Assembly: GCA_050273025.1 (NCBI GenBank)
Contig: CP158635.1
Location: 28,830,001 to 28,894,000 of the forward strand
DNA: 64,000 bases
Direction: 5' to 3'
Source of the DNA: Cenococcum geophilum
Lineage: Eukaryota
Each line of letters begins with the position of its first letter. Position 1 is the first letter of the stretch. The notes beneath the pieces were generated by a model. That model was not told the DNA's origin. It searched no databases and saw only the letters and a program-made list of their open reading frames with translations. A program made the translations under genes and the position numbers. Shown one piece after another: positions 1 through 13,300 of this stretch.

Positions 1-2131
1 ATATTTATAGGTAAGACTCTAGTTCCTAGTTCTAGCGTTTTATTTACCCATCCGTTTATAGATAAAAAGCTATACTATAACGTTAGTCTATCTTTAAATA
101 GAAGTATAGGTCTAACTAGTACTAGCTTATAAAGACGCTGCCCCTATTAGTAATAATAGAGTGCGGCTAATCTACTTTAAGAAAGTATTTCTCCTTAATT
201 AGGTTAGCTAGCGCTTATATATTAATTATCTTATTAACGGGAAGGTATTGGACGTAGTTAAAAACCTATTAATAAGTACGAGAACCGAATTGTATATTCA
301 TCCTTAGCTATCTTTAGATAGTAGGAGATCTATAATAAAGTTTATAGCGTAATATTACTATAGCTTACTAGTAGGGGGAATTAATTTAAGTAGGCCCTAT
401 AGCTTATGCCTGCGGATCTTATATACTTAACACTTCTTATAATAGCTAATATACTCCTTTACTTCCTACTTAAGCTTTAGCTAATAGTATTTGCGCTAAA
501 GTAATTCTACTATCTTAGCTTAACTATAGTGGCCGCCTAAAGGATTATTATAATTCTTTATAATAATCTTCTGTTATAGATTTACTTCTTATAGCACCTA
601 AACCTTACTAGATCTACGTAGTAGGCCTATTAGGTTTAGTTCCTAATTTTAATATACCTTATAGCTTCCTTTCTGTTATATTTCCGGTCTACTTCTATAT
701 TAAAGATAGTATAAAAAGTATCCCTCCGTTACACTTTACGGATAAAATTTATTAACCTTTTAAATAGTTTCTCAGTAAAAGCTGTTTTATTTTATACTGC
801 TCTAAGTATAAGACTAAATAGTACTATAGATTTTGTAACTCTTTAATACGTATATATTAGGAAGGCCGCTATAAGGTTAAAGTCCTTTAGTTATTATAGG
901 GCTCTAAGTTCCAATTACTCTATAGCTTTACTACCAGTTTAAGGGAATAGCTTAGTAATTAGAGATAGTATATTACTAGGTTCTAAGAATATATTAGGGA
1001 CGTCCTATTTAGGTATATTTAGACCTTTATTGGCTACAGACTAGGTACTAGCTAAAATATTAGTAGAAGCTAATAGGGTTTATACCGCCTAAGACTTAAT
1101 ATATAGAGCTATAGGTGCTTAAGCATCCTATACCTAGAGCTTGTTCTATAATATAAGGAGTAAGATATCTATTATCTGTTTTCCTTCTCCTATTTTAAAG
1201 CCTTTAGTATAGTCTAGCCGTTATAACGGTTTATTAGTAGGGTTATTTTCCCCTAGCTTATATTTAATCTTAAAATTAAATTATACAAGCTCCTTTGCCT
1301 ATTTAGCTTATTAAGGTATAAGCTCCTTTATAGTTATAAAGTAGCGTAGATTATAATAATCTAAGAGTATATAAGTGGTATAACTCACGTACTTAAGGTA
1401 ATGTCGCTACTATTTAAAGTAGTTAACTATAGCTATTAGTTCCTTATTATGGGTATAATACCTAACTTTAGGCCCCTAGAATTTTCTACTATAGAATACT
1501 ACTAGTTTTTAGTAAAGCTAGGTAGCGTCCAAATACCTATTAGATTGCAGTAGGATACCAATAAGGATAAAATTTAATATATTAGTAATTATTATTAATA
1601 GCTAATCTAGGTTAAAATGCCGTAGTAATAGAGCTTTTATAAACTTTATATAAGGTTTTTAAAAGGCCTCCTAAACCTTTCTAGGCTATAACTATAGTTT
1701 ATCCTATTTACTTAGTCCCTTTTTAGTTTTTTTTCTTACCGCCTTTAAGCTTTTTACTCCTTAGGTTAGGTCTTAGAAAGCTTTTATAATATAGTTAAAT
1801 AGGTATTAGGTAATATCCGAGTAGTTATAAATAAAGCGCCTATAGAAATTAGTAAAGCTTAGGAACACTTAAATATCCTAATAGCTCTTTAGCTCCGGCT
1901 ACTCCTAAATTATCTATATCCGTACTAGGTCTATAACTATATCTATAAGCATTATAATATAACCTAGGAACTTAACCTACTTAGTATTAAAGATATACTT
2001 TAACGCCTTAGCATAGAGGCCCTAATTATTTAAACGTTTTAGTACTTCGCGGATGTATTACTTATATTAATCCTTATCTTCTAAGTAAATTAAGATATTA
2101 TCTAAATAGATAATATATATACGGTTAACTA

Positions 2132-4215
2132 CGGAAGACGGCCCAGAAAGAAATTTCCCCTTCCTATTTAGGAAAAGCGCGGGTTTAGTGCCAAGACCCC
2201 ACCAAAATCAACTCAATCAGCTTGATTAAAGCTTTTGATACTAGTATATTATCTATATAGCTTCTAAAACGTCGTGTTTTAGTGTCTAGCATTTACCTGA
2301 TTGACCTCGTTCCACCGCACCTTATATTCTATAGGCTTTCGAGGTTTTTGAGGCCTTAATTGCCTCTGTTGTTCTTGGCTCTCTACCTAGCTCTCTACCC
2401 GTCTCTTTACCCGTCTCTCTACCTGGCTCTCTACCCGTTTAATTACCTAATTACAATCGTTTCTTTAGGGTCTCTGGTTATAGAGCTGTCGATCTACAAT
2501 TAAGCCAGAGCCTTAAGTGTTTTGACGTCGATTTAGAACAACCAAATTAGCTAATTTTTGCCACTCTTCCTTAGTGATCTCCTTGATTTTCTTACGGCTC
2601 TGCGTAGGTAGGAAGAATTGTAGATAGGCGTTAAGTAGACTATAGTGATTATATAATATCTTGTAGCCTATTTTAAGCACCTTAACGATTATAAAGAGCT
2701 TATAATTAGCTTCCTCACAGAGCTACTTTTAGCTTCGCTGCTTTTTATCTGCTCTCTCTCTATAATTATTACCTCCTTTAAGTTCTATAATCTTCTTAAT
2801 ATAGTAAGGTATCCTCTTAATCCACTGCTAAATTCGCCACTACTTAAGATCTTACTAAGCTCTAAGCTAAGCCTTCTCTGCAGCTGCGTGGGAGGTAAGT
2901 AGGCCTCTTTTTATAGTAATCCGTTTTAGGTAGCCCTAGTAGGGCTTAATTATATTTAGATTAGGCGAATTACCTAGCTAAAGAAGACACTGAATCTCGC
3001 AAGCGTTAAAGTAGGTTTGGTAAATCTTTGTAATATAAGTAGTGGCCTTATCTTCCTGTATAATCGTATTAGGATTTAAGTATATAAGACTCTAGGTAAA
3101 CGGAAGGAGCTTTAGTATTAAAATATTTGTTAAATATCGCCACTAGTTAATTCTACCTCTATCTAATCGAGTTAAAGCTTTATACAACGCCGTAAACTTC
3201 TATTTAGCAGGAGCGCCGCCCATTCGCCTTTTATAGCGTAGTTCGTATAGACTCCTTTTAGCGGCTTAATTCTTCTTTTAGGCCTTATATGCCTCTGGCT
3301 CTAGAGCTTAATTCTAGATCTTAATAATAGCTTTTAATTTATTAAATTCCTTTTTTATTTAGGGCTTCCAAATATAGTAAGGGCCTTTGAAGTTGTATGT
3401 AAAGCAACCCTAAAATATAAACTTAGAGTACCCCTTCTACCGCTCTTGTACGCAGCTACGTATATAGGCCTTATTCGATTATCGCTATACTTAATAGCCC
3501 CCTTAACGGTGGCTTAAAATAACACTTATCTTATCTAACTAAATTATAGCCTTCCAATCTTCTAACGTCTAATAATAATAAGCTAGTGTAAATCTATATT
3601 GTTTATTCTTTATAGCTATAGTTAATCCAGGCTTCCTTATTAGCTTTATTTTACAGAAGCCGTACTTTTTAAGTATAATTTAAATGGACGCCGCAGAGAT
3701 ACCTATTTCGCGTGCGATTTTTTTACTACTTTTTTTACGCCCGTAACGATCGTATATAACGGCGTTAATAACTCTCTACTTAATATCTGGGGTAATCTTT
3801 TTAGTACGCCCTATGCGGGGCTTATCCTTAAGGTAGTTATTAAGGAGAACCTAATTTGCATTCTAGCTATTCTCTACTACCTTTTTTACTAGGTTACCGA
3901 TATGCCTACCGCTAATCCTAGTGACTTAAGTAATTAGTTTTAAGGGTGTACCCAAAGTATTTATTATTATGGCCTACGCCCTTGTTGCAAGGCTATAGTA
4001 AGGCATTTTAGGCTTAAAAACAGTAGGGAAAACAGTAGAAGGTATATAGAGGATATTATAAGCAATTAAGTGAGGAGATTCTATGAGAAAGTTGGTGTAG
4101 AGTTACTTTTATAAAGCTCGAAGTCAAAAATTTGGTATATTTTGGTGGGGTCTTGGCACTAAAACCGCGCTTTTCCTAAATAGGAAGGAGAAATCTCTTT
4201 CTGGGCCGTCCTCCG
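2132..4215 (-). mobile_element. Tc1/mariner DNA transposon, 2084 bp, ~77-bp TIRs, TA target duplication
   Basis: CGGAAGACGGCCCAGAAAG...CCCCACCAAAAT at 2132 is inverted at 4139-4215. TA lies at 2130-31 and 4216-17. Removing the element restores the G1 RT frame. Confidence 0.95.
2715..4006 (-). pseudogene. RIP-inactivated Tc1-type DDE transposase (3' end approximate)
   Basis: ATG at 4006 (MPYYSLATRA). De-RIP motifs WPGNSPDLNMIEPCW (~2935-2980) and IIELKGGNNYRE (~2757-2792). Confidence 0.85.
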
Positions 4216-4536
4216 TAGTCCCCCTAAGGCTCTATAAATATATAATTAAAATATTATAGGCGTATTAGCTAGCCTAAAAGGCATTACTAGATACTTAAAG
4301 TGGCTGTATTAGGTCTTAAAAGCAGTCTTTTACTTATCCCCTTCTTTAATATAAAGCCTATAATAAGCGTCTTATAGATCTAGCTTTATAAAGATCTTCG
4401 CCCTAAATAGTTAATTTAGCATTTTACTAACTAGTAGTAGTAAGTAACAGTTTTTAATTATAATCTTATTAAGACTGCGATAGTTTTACGTATAGCCTTA
4501 TAGTTTTATCTAGTTTTAGGATAAAGAGGATTGGCT

Positions 4537-4849
4537 TGTCTTGTTTCTAGACCTTCTTACTAAGGCTTACCTTACCAAGCTACTAGCCGCTTTTGGCAAG
4601 ACCTTTATTAGAAGGTCTAGTATACAGTTTAGATTTTTATTAGTCCCGCGCGGGGTATTCAGGCCTATATATACCTACTTTAAGCCAAATTATCTTAACT
4701 TTTATAGCTCCCTAAGCTATTCCTAATAGCTAGAATTACCAAATTAAACCTAGCGAAGAAGACTACGTTACCCGATTTACCCAATTCTAATTTATTATCT
4801 TATTGTCGCGCCTAACGCGCCTAAGTCGTAGCAGCTGCACCTTTTCTAC
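4537..4849. mobile_element. LTR family C, partial copy interrupted by Copia A
   Basis: Starts TGTC and aligns with 15222-15534, differing mainly by C>T/G>A changes. Confidence 0.8.
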
Positions 4850-7800
4850 TAACGATAGTTCTGGAAGAGTCCTCTACGTTTATTTCCTACTTATATAAGT
4901 AGATTCCCTTTAGTTCCTTTTTAGACGACGTCCGTAAGCAACCACTTATAACTCTATAGGTATAGGCCTATATAAAGGCCTATATTTATTATAGATAGAT
5001 TTAATAGATTTATTTATTCTTTATCCTTAGATCTAGTTTATTAGGTTATAAGCACTTATTACTACTAAGCTACGACGCTAGAAGATTAACACCTTACTAT
5101 AGGTTGCATAAAGGGTTACTATACCCGTGCTAAGTTATATCTTACTGTTCTATATTTAACGCCTTACCACAGGCCGCATTAAAGGTAACTATACCTATGT
5201 ATAGGGTCATTTCCTATTATCAAATTTACGCGTTAAATTCGTTTATTTACGTGTTAAAATCATTTATTTACGCGTTGCTATGGGTAAAGACTATCCAGGC
5301 ATTTAACGCCTTAAGAAAGACGGTTTAAATTGGCACTAATATTGGACGCAGCTTAGCATGTACCTACGTGGTAAGGGCCTTCTGTATATCCTTTAAGGGG
5401 ATACGGCCCTACTCTACCAAAAGCTCTAGGAAGAAAAACCTATAATATTTATTAATTGAGTACTAAAGGACGCCGGCAAGGAGGAGCGAGATAAGATCCT
5501 TAAGAGGTCTTAAATTATTACGGATACTAATAACTTAATTCGCTTAACTAATAAGGCACTCTCCAACAAGTATAATAAGGAGTTTAAACAGTATAGTAAG
5601 GAAGACGGTAAAGTCTGTTTAGTTATCCTTGGTATAATTAATAACAAGATTATTACTGCCTTAGAGTATAAGCAGATAGTAAAGGACTATATTAATTACC
5701 TTAAGCAGACATTTAAGGCCCGCGGCTTAATTTATAAGGCTAACGTATAGGAGACTTTTATTAAGCTCCGCTATTAATCGGACTAAGTAATTACTACTTT
5801 TTTAAGCTGTTACCAAGAAGCGGTTTAAGGAGTTAAGTAGGTAAAGCTTGCCCTAAATAATAAGATTATTAACTATTAATTTATTAACACCGTTAACAAA
5901 CACTTCCCTATATAGGCTTAAATCCAACGTAATAAGATTCACGTCGGCTATACAATTTTACTGCTCTAATTAATCGCTAACCTCACAGACGAGGCTCGGC
6001 AGAAGGACTTACTTAAGAGCTTCGCCTCGGTTAATAAGCCACTAGGTAACTCACGCGAGCAGTCTAGTTAAGGACGTGGTAACGGATATAGTTATAGTAA
6101 TGGCCGCAGCAAAGGCGGCGGAGGAGCCGGTTATGGTGCCTTATTAGGCAATTAAGGTCCTACTAAGGATGCTTTAAATAGGTGTAGATAGTGCAAGTAA
6201 GGTTATCTAGGTAGTAAGGAAGGCTGCTAAATAAAGCATATCTACTTAAGGCCTAAATGGTAGAGGCCTAGAGAGAGATAACCTTAGCATTTAGGTGACG
6301 GAGTAGCCTTAAATATAAATAAGGCCTCTAAAGGGACATCTAATCGCCCATCTTAAGCTACTAATTTAGCTACTAGATCGATCTTTACTATACAGATTAT
6401 TAGGTTAATAGCTATAGCTTTAGGAACGAATATTAAGGACTCCTAGATAGCCAATAGTTGCTTAAATATTTATATATGCAATGACATTAGGAGGTTTATA
6501 TAGTATAAGGGGATTAAACCTATCTAAATCCAGACAGGAGGAGGCCTAATAAAGGCTATCGGCGTTAGATTAATTAAGCTTACAGTTACCTAAACTAACT
6601 ACTTAGTATATATAATTACATTTACTAAGGTATATTACTGTCCTAACTTCTTTATAAATATTATCTCGCTTAGTATTCTACGAGGAAAGGGAGCCTTCTT
6701 TAACGGTCTCTATAATATAATTAACTTCGTTAAAGATTGGGCAGAAATAGCCTACACCCTATATATCAATGGACTTAATATATTTATACTGGTAGACAGC
6801 CCTACGGAGGTTCCTTTCGCAATAGCTCTAGCTACCACATAATCGCGCCTCTATAAGAAAGGCGTGCTTGCTAAAGCTACTATAGAGACTTAGCATAAGA
6901 AACTATAACACCTTCCTTCTAACCAAATACGTCTCCTTGCTAGAAGTATAAAGGGGATCATAGTTACTAAGGATAAGCTATTTTACTACGAGGACTATTA
7001 CCTTAGAAAGGCCAAGAAGTAAATATTAAGACGCCCTTAATGACGTAGCAATCGCATATTTAACAAGGTGCACGTTAACATAGTTAAGCCATTAAAACAT
7101 AAAGGTCTCTACGGAGAGAAGTACTAGGTACTATTTACCAATGACCGAATACGCTTTAGATGGATCTTCTGTATATTAAATAAAGGCTCCGCGGTCTCTA
7201 CCTTAAAGCAGTTCGTCTATATAATTAAGACTTAAATAGGAATAACAATTGGCTGCTTCCGATTAGATGGAGCTGCTAAGTAGTTTAGTAAGGACTTAAC
7301 CAATTTCTTTAAGGACGAAGGTATACTTACTAAGGTCTCTACCCTATATACCACTCACTAAAATAGAATAGTAGAGAAGGCTAACTACCTAGTTAAAAAA
7401 AGGGTTAGGGTAATATTAATTAAAACTTAATTGCTACTAAAGCTCTAGCCTAAAGTCGCCAAGGCAGCCGTATATAGGCTTAATATATTACCTATATTAG
7501 TTAATAAGGACAAAGCTCCGCCCGCTTAAGCAATGGCTTACGCCCTAGGTAACACTAACTCTATAGTTACATACGCTAGCTAGGAGATCTATAGCTGTCC
7601 TACCTACGTCCACATTAATAGAAAAGACCCTTAGCGGTAATAGGGTAATAAGTTCATTGCAAGGGCTTAAAAAGGGCAATTAGTTAGCTATAAAGGTTTA
7701 TATATATATCGCGTCTATTTACCTTATAAGAATAGGGTCGTTTAATTAAGCAGCGTTACCTTTAACAAATTAGGAACCTTTCTTACTACACTAATTAGTA

Positions 7801-10373
7801 AAGAAGAAGGTGGCGATAACAATATCTACTAGATACTACTTAAGGAACTTCCTACCAAAGACACTACACTAGAGGTCTCTCAGTTACTATAGGAAGAAAG
7901 TAAAGTCTCTTAGTCACTACAGGAGGGAAGCAAGGCTACTCAGTCACTGTAAAAGGCAGATAAGGTCTCTCGAACCTCGCAGTTAGGGGATAACTCTTAG
8001 TTAGGGGGTACCTCTGGCGATCACGATATCGCACTATAGCTTAATCAACCTCCTCTTACTAATGACAAATAAGCAGGTCTTAACTAGCAAGAGCTCCCTA
8101 ATTTAGGAGGACACCTCTATTAGGAAAGGACTCCCCTAAGAGATATCTACTAGGAGGATCTAGAACATATTCTAATTAAGTATTTAGAAGAGGATAATAA
8201 ACCTATAGCGAACACTTATACACGGTTAAAGCTACGGCTTAACTATAGCGTACTCTATAGAACCAGAAGGAAAGAGCTGGTTACGAAGGCTACCTACCTT
8301 ACCCTGTCCTTCGCCTATACGTTTATAAGTACTCTATTACAGCCTTAGTAGATAAGGATAACTAAGGGACTACCTTTAGAGCTACGGAACTAGAAGGAAG
8401 CCATAAATTTAATATTTAAGAAGGAGTGGAAGGCTACGGCAAATAAGGAATAGGAGTCTTAAATAGTTAATAACTTATTTAAAATCGTCAAACTTCTACC
8501 TAGAGCTAAGGCTCTACCCGTCAAGTGGGTCTTTATATATAAATTTAATAAGAATAACGTCCTATTTAGATAGAAAGTATAACTCGTATTATATAGTAAT
8601 AAGCAGCGCCTAGGAATTAACTATAGCAATATATTCGCAGGCGTTATTCAACCTAGTATATTTAAGCTACTAATAGCCCTGGTCGCCGTATATAATCTAA
8701 AGTATAAGCACTTAAATATAATCACAGCCTTCCTTAATAGGAAGCTTAACCGTAAAAATATCTACATTTAACTACTAGAAGGATACCGCCAGTATTAGAA
8801 AGACGGCGTTGCTTTCGTAGGCCTACTGCTTAAGGATCTCTACGGTCTTAAGCAGGCGCCATACCTTTGGTATAAGGAGCTTAAGAGCTTCCTTATTACC
8901 CTTAAATATACGCCAATTCCAGCAGACCTATGCATCTTCATTAGCCAACAAAGCGGCTAAATTATTATCGTCTATATCGATAATCTTATCTTAATTGGAT
9001 GGGATATTCGGACAATTAAACTGCTTAAAGAGGCATTTAGGAATAAGTATAAAGTAAGAGACTTAGGCCTAATTGTGTACTACCTAGGTATTCGAATTAT
9101 AAGGGACCGCTAAATATAGTCAATTCGACTGGTATAGGACGCCTATATTAGGAAGATCCTACATACATTTTATATAGACGACTGCGTACCAGCCTCTATA
9201 CCAATTTACCCCTCTATAGTAGACTTTAAGCCATATAAGCTTAAGAATTAAGCTCCCCTAGAGCTAGTAAAACGGTATTAATCGTTAATAGGCTCTCTAC
9301 TTTATCTATATAATTAAACTCGGCCTAATATAGCCTAGGCTGTAGGAAAGCTCTATTAGTTCCTATATAACCCTACCGAACTATATATAGACGCCACGAT
9401 ATAGGTACTCGCCTACTATATAGGGATAATCGACTTAGGTATAGAGTTCGGCTTACCCTAAGGGCAGTAGCTACCTCTAAAGGTCTTTACTAAGGCATTA
9501 GCTACAGACTATACAACCCCTAATTGCAATCGGGAATATAGCGAAAGCCCACTAGGTAATATACCCAACCTATAGCTACACGGCTATAGCGATACAGCGT
9601 TCACAGATATAGTTAACAGAAAGTTAACTTCTGGCTATATCTATAAGCTAGTAGGTGGCCCAGTTTTATATAAGTTAAGTAAGTAGTTAATTCTTATAAC
9701 CTCTACTACAGAGGCTAAGTATGTAGTAATAACGCATGCGGCTAAGGAAGCCTTATAGCTCCGTTAATTGCTTACTAATTTGGGCTATACCGGAAAGGAT
9801 CTACTACCGATACATTTATATGGCGATAATTAACCAGCCATCAGCCTTGCTAAAAGCGATAACTACCACGCGCGCACTAAGTACTTTAAGCTATACTAGC
9901 ACTACATTTATAACAAGATTTAAAGCGGTGTAATCTACCTATAGTATATTCCTACGAGCAGTATAGTAGTAGACGGTCTTACGAAGCCACTATCGACGGC
10001 TTAGTTCAGGAACTTCGTTAAGCAGCTAGGCCTCGTTCAATGCGATATAGACACTAAACCTAAATAGGAAATCGTACAAAGGTCAGCAAAACCTCGGAGG
10101 GTACGCTAATTGACGATTCTAACTAATGCTGACGACTTTTAAATAGGGGATAAGAACGATGTAGAGCTCGTAACGGGTAATTAATTACAGCTTAGGGAGA
10201 GGTTAAATAGGACCCACAGGACACTTAGAGGATTACAAGGTGTTTCTTTTATATATTGTTAAGTTTAACACTAATTTAGGAAGAATCTGCTTCTGTTTTG
10301 GTGGAGTACTAGGGGGTATAATAATAGTTCTAAAAAAGTCCTCCACGTTTGTTTCCTGCTTACATAAGCAGAT
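4850..10373 (+). mobile_element. Ty1/Copia element A; 5' LTR 4850-5043, 3' LTR 10319-10373 cut by Copia B
   Basis: LTR starts match (TAACGATAGTT/TAATAATAGTT); GGTTATAAGC follows the 5' LTR; PPT AGGGGG. Gag ATG ~5280; PR WIADS, IN STPYTPHQNG, RT LPVKWVF/IVYIDD, RH GYSD/STTEAEY in Copia order. Confidence 0.92.
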
Positions 10374-13300
10374 TGTTAGAATTACAAGGTCATGGGGTTA
10401 TAACGGAGGTATCTTGAGGGTCTAATTAATAATAGAGATGACGCAGACGATGAATATTAATTAATTCGTAATGTAGTAGATGCGGTTAATGTCTATATAG
10501 ATTGCATACGGACTTCGTCCTCGTAATATATCCAGAGCTTAGTTAGCACCTCTCGCTTAATTCTAACACTCCCCTATGCTGATAACGCTCTGCTTATTTA
10601 TCCCAAATAGGCAATTATAAAGCTATTCCTAAATCCCTTATAAGTGCCATTTGGCCTATATATAGAGGGAAAACCTAGTAGGCGAAAAACCTCTATTACT
10701 TACTCTGTTAGTTACCAATTCCTAGCATTATATAGTGCTTTATAAATTGGTTAATTGGTAGCTGTTTTATAAGCATATCTTTAGGTTAATCTTTACCTAG
10801 TATATATACTACTTTAAGTTAATCTTGCTAAACCATATTGTTTTGTATAAAGAGGTATTAAGTCTTAATATGCTTGGCTTTTTAGTGGTGTTTTGTGTCG
10901 TATAAAAGGTTAACCGTACCCTTATTGTTATAGTAGAGCGTAGGGATAAAAAAGTTGTCGTCATCGTTTCTCTCCCCTAGATCTCTCGTTAGCTTTTTAA
11001 GTTATACTACTAACCTTGCTCCTTCTAACGCTGCTATAATCTCTGCTTTTATTAAACTTAAGGCCGTTAACTTCTGCCTTTAAGCCATCTAAATTACGAC
11101 TCCCCTATAGCGTATGACTGCTATACCTTAAAATAATATCTAATTGTGTTCTGTTCCCTATATAGCGTTAGTAAGGATACTGTAGCTAGTAGGTAAGTTA
11201 GTTAACGTAAGCTTATATAAGGTAAGGTAGATCTTTTAATTTAAGTAGGTAATTCCAATCTTAAGAGTGCCGTTTAGATATTATAGTAGCTACTTGCTTA
11301 AGCGGTAATGTAATTCTCCTAGTGCTACTGTAAACATGGCTAGCTGACTAATAGTATAGCTAATATTAGGACGTGTATAGTTTAATAGGTAGATCGTAGA
11401 GCTAATAATCTATTAGTATACCGTCGCGTTGTTATATTTAAGGAGACTTTTAATATTAGGCTTTAGAATAGTACCTATTAGTATTAGTAACTTAACCGGA
11501 TTATAGTTATCTATTTTTAGCCGTTTAAGTAGCTTTTTAGTGTACATCGTCTAATGTAGCTTAAGGGTTCAATTCGTATAATCTTAATTAATTTGGAAGC
11601 CTATAAATACTTCTATAGGGCCTAGGTCTTTATATCTCCATTTTCTTAAGATTTTTGTCTTTATAATATTAAGGTGTCGGCGCTTTCCTGCGATTAGTAT
11701 ATCGTTAACGAATAATAAGATATATACTCCATTTCCTATAAAGAGATTAGGGTTAGCCTTAGCTGATTTTAAACCTATGTTCTTAAAGAACTTTTTAACT
11801 ATCTAAAACCATTCTCTTAGTGCCTGCTTTAGGCCGTAGAGTAACTTATTTAGCTTTAAGTAGACGTCTTTTACCCCCTTAAGGTTAGGTTTAAAGTCTC
11901 TTAAGAGGTTAGGAATCTTCATATAAATCTATTCTTATAACGGCGGGTTTAAGAATGCAGTTTTAATGTTAATATAGTTAAGCTTAAGGTCTTTAGCTGC
12001 TACCTTTACTATTAAGAACCTAAAGGTGTTGTATTGTATAACTAACGTAACTGTCTTAAAATAGTCAATATTGGGGGTCTACTTGTCTCCCTGGATATAC
12101 AGTCTTACCTTCTTACAAATTACTTCTCCCTTAGAGTTATACTTATGCTTTAGAACTAGCTTGCTTAGAAGTAATAACCTTCCTTCTAGTACTGTCCCCC
12201 TTATAATGGTATAGGTATGCATTCTCTTAAGAGAGAGAAATTTATTAAAGATAGCTTTTATCTAGCTAGGAGCGTCCTCCCTTAAGGCTTAATCTAACTT
12301 AATAGCATTAAATGGTGCTATAGGTGCTCCTAAGAAGGTAGTGTTCTTAGCTTCCAGGTGGACAGCTTTTATAGCTATTACTAACTAAACCACCATATTG
12401 TTAAAAACCCTTATATTTGGTAACCTTCTAGACCTTATTCTCTGCGTATAAGGAATGCGTATTAATATACTTTATATAGGCGTCCTACCCTTAGCATTAC
12501 CTTATAGATTTAAGCGTCCCACTTAATCTTAACCTGGGCTTTCTATTTAATTGTCTAAGCGGCCTACTTGGTCTTAACCTAGGCTTCCCACTTAACTTAA
12601 GCGGCCTACTTGGTTACTATCTAGCCTACTCTTAGTTCTTGTAACTAGAGTCTCTATCAGCCCGTTTAAGGTAATAGGAGAAGGTCTAGGTTAATTCGCG
12701 GCTTAGCTTATAGCCTATACCTAACGTACTCTATAAGGGAACCTATATTTATTTACTTTAGCATCTCTAAAGAGCTTAATTACTTACGTATACAGGTTTA
12801 TTATTTTAAATTAACTACTCCCTTTTAATCCCATAAAAGCGTAGTTAGGTTTTATCCTTAAGTCGTACTTCCTAGGGTGTTTTTAAGCGTATTAATTAGG
12901 TTAGTGTAATACCTAAAGATAACTAGATTCTTTAAGTTAGGGACTTATTAGGTATATGCCTTATATAGTATAATAGCACCACTATACTCGTTATTAAATA
13001 GAAGTGCTAAGGTTAGTACTTAATTCTTAATCTAGACAGCGTGTTTAACTATATAGCACTAAAGTTTAACTAGTATATTTTCTTAAAATAGAAGTAACCT
13101 TATCTTACAGTTAACTATATAGATCGCGCGCTTGATCGCACTATTGTATAAGTACTTATATGGCGGGCAAGGCTTAAAATTAATACCCTAGGGTATCAAT
13201 TCGTCTTAAAATCTGCGGCTAAACTCCCCTTTTCTATTATCTGCTCAAATTTATACAGCTTTAGTCCCAGTAAATCTCTCTGCCCTTACGATAGTCTCTT

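Larger units (their letters stand above)
1..4536 (-). mobile_element. Ty3/Gypsy pol remnant G1 (RT-RNaseH-integrase), RIP-mutated, split by a Tc1 insertion; runs off the window start
   Basis: De-RIP minus-strand motifs: PILF..RLCVDYR, EGDEWKTAF..YGHFEYLVMPFGL, ALGGLVDR..YLDD (spanning the Tc1 site), integrase HDDP..GGHYG and VLVDRFS. Confidence 0.9.
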
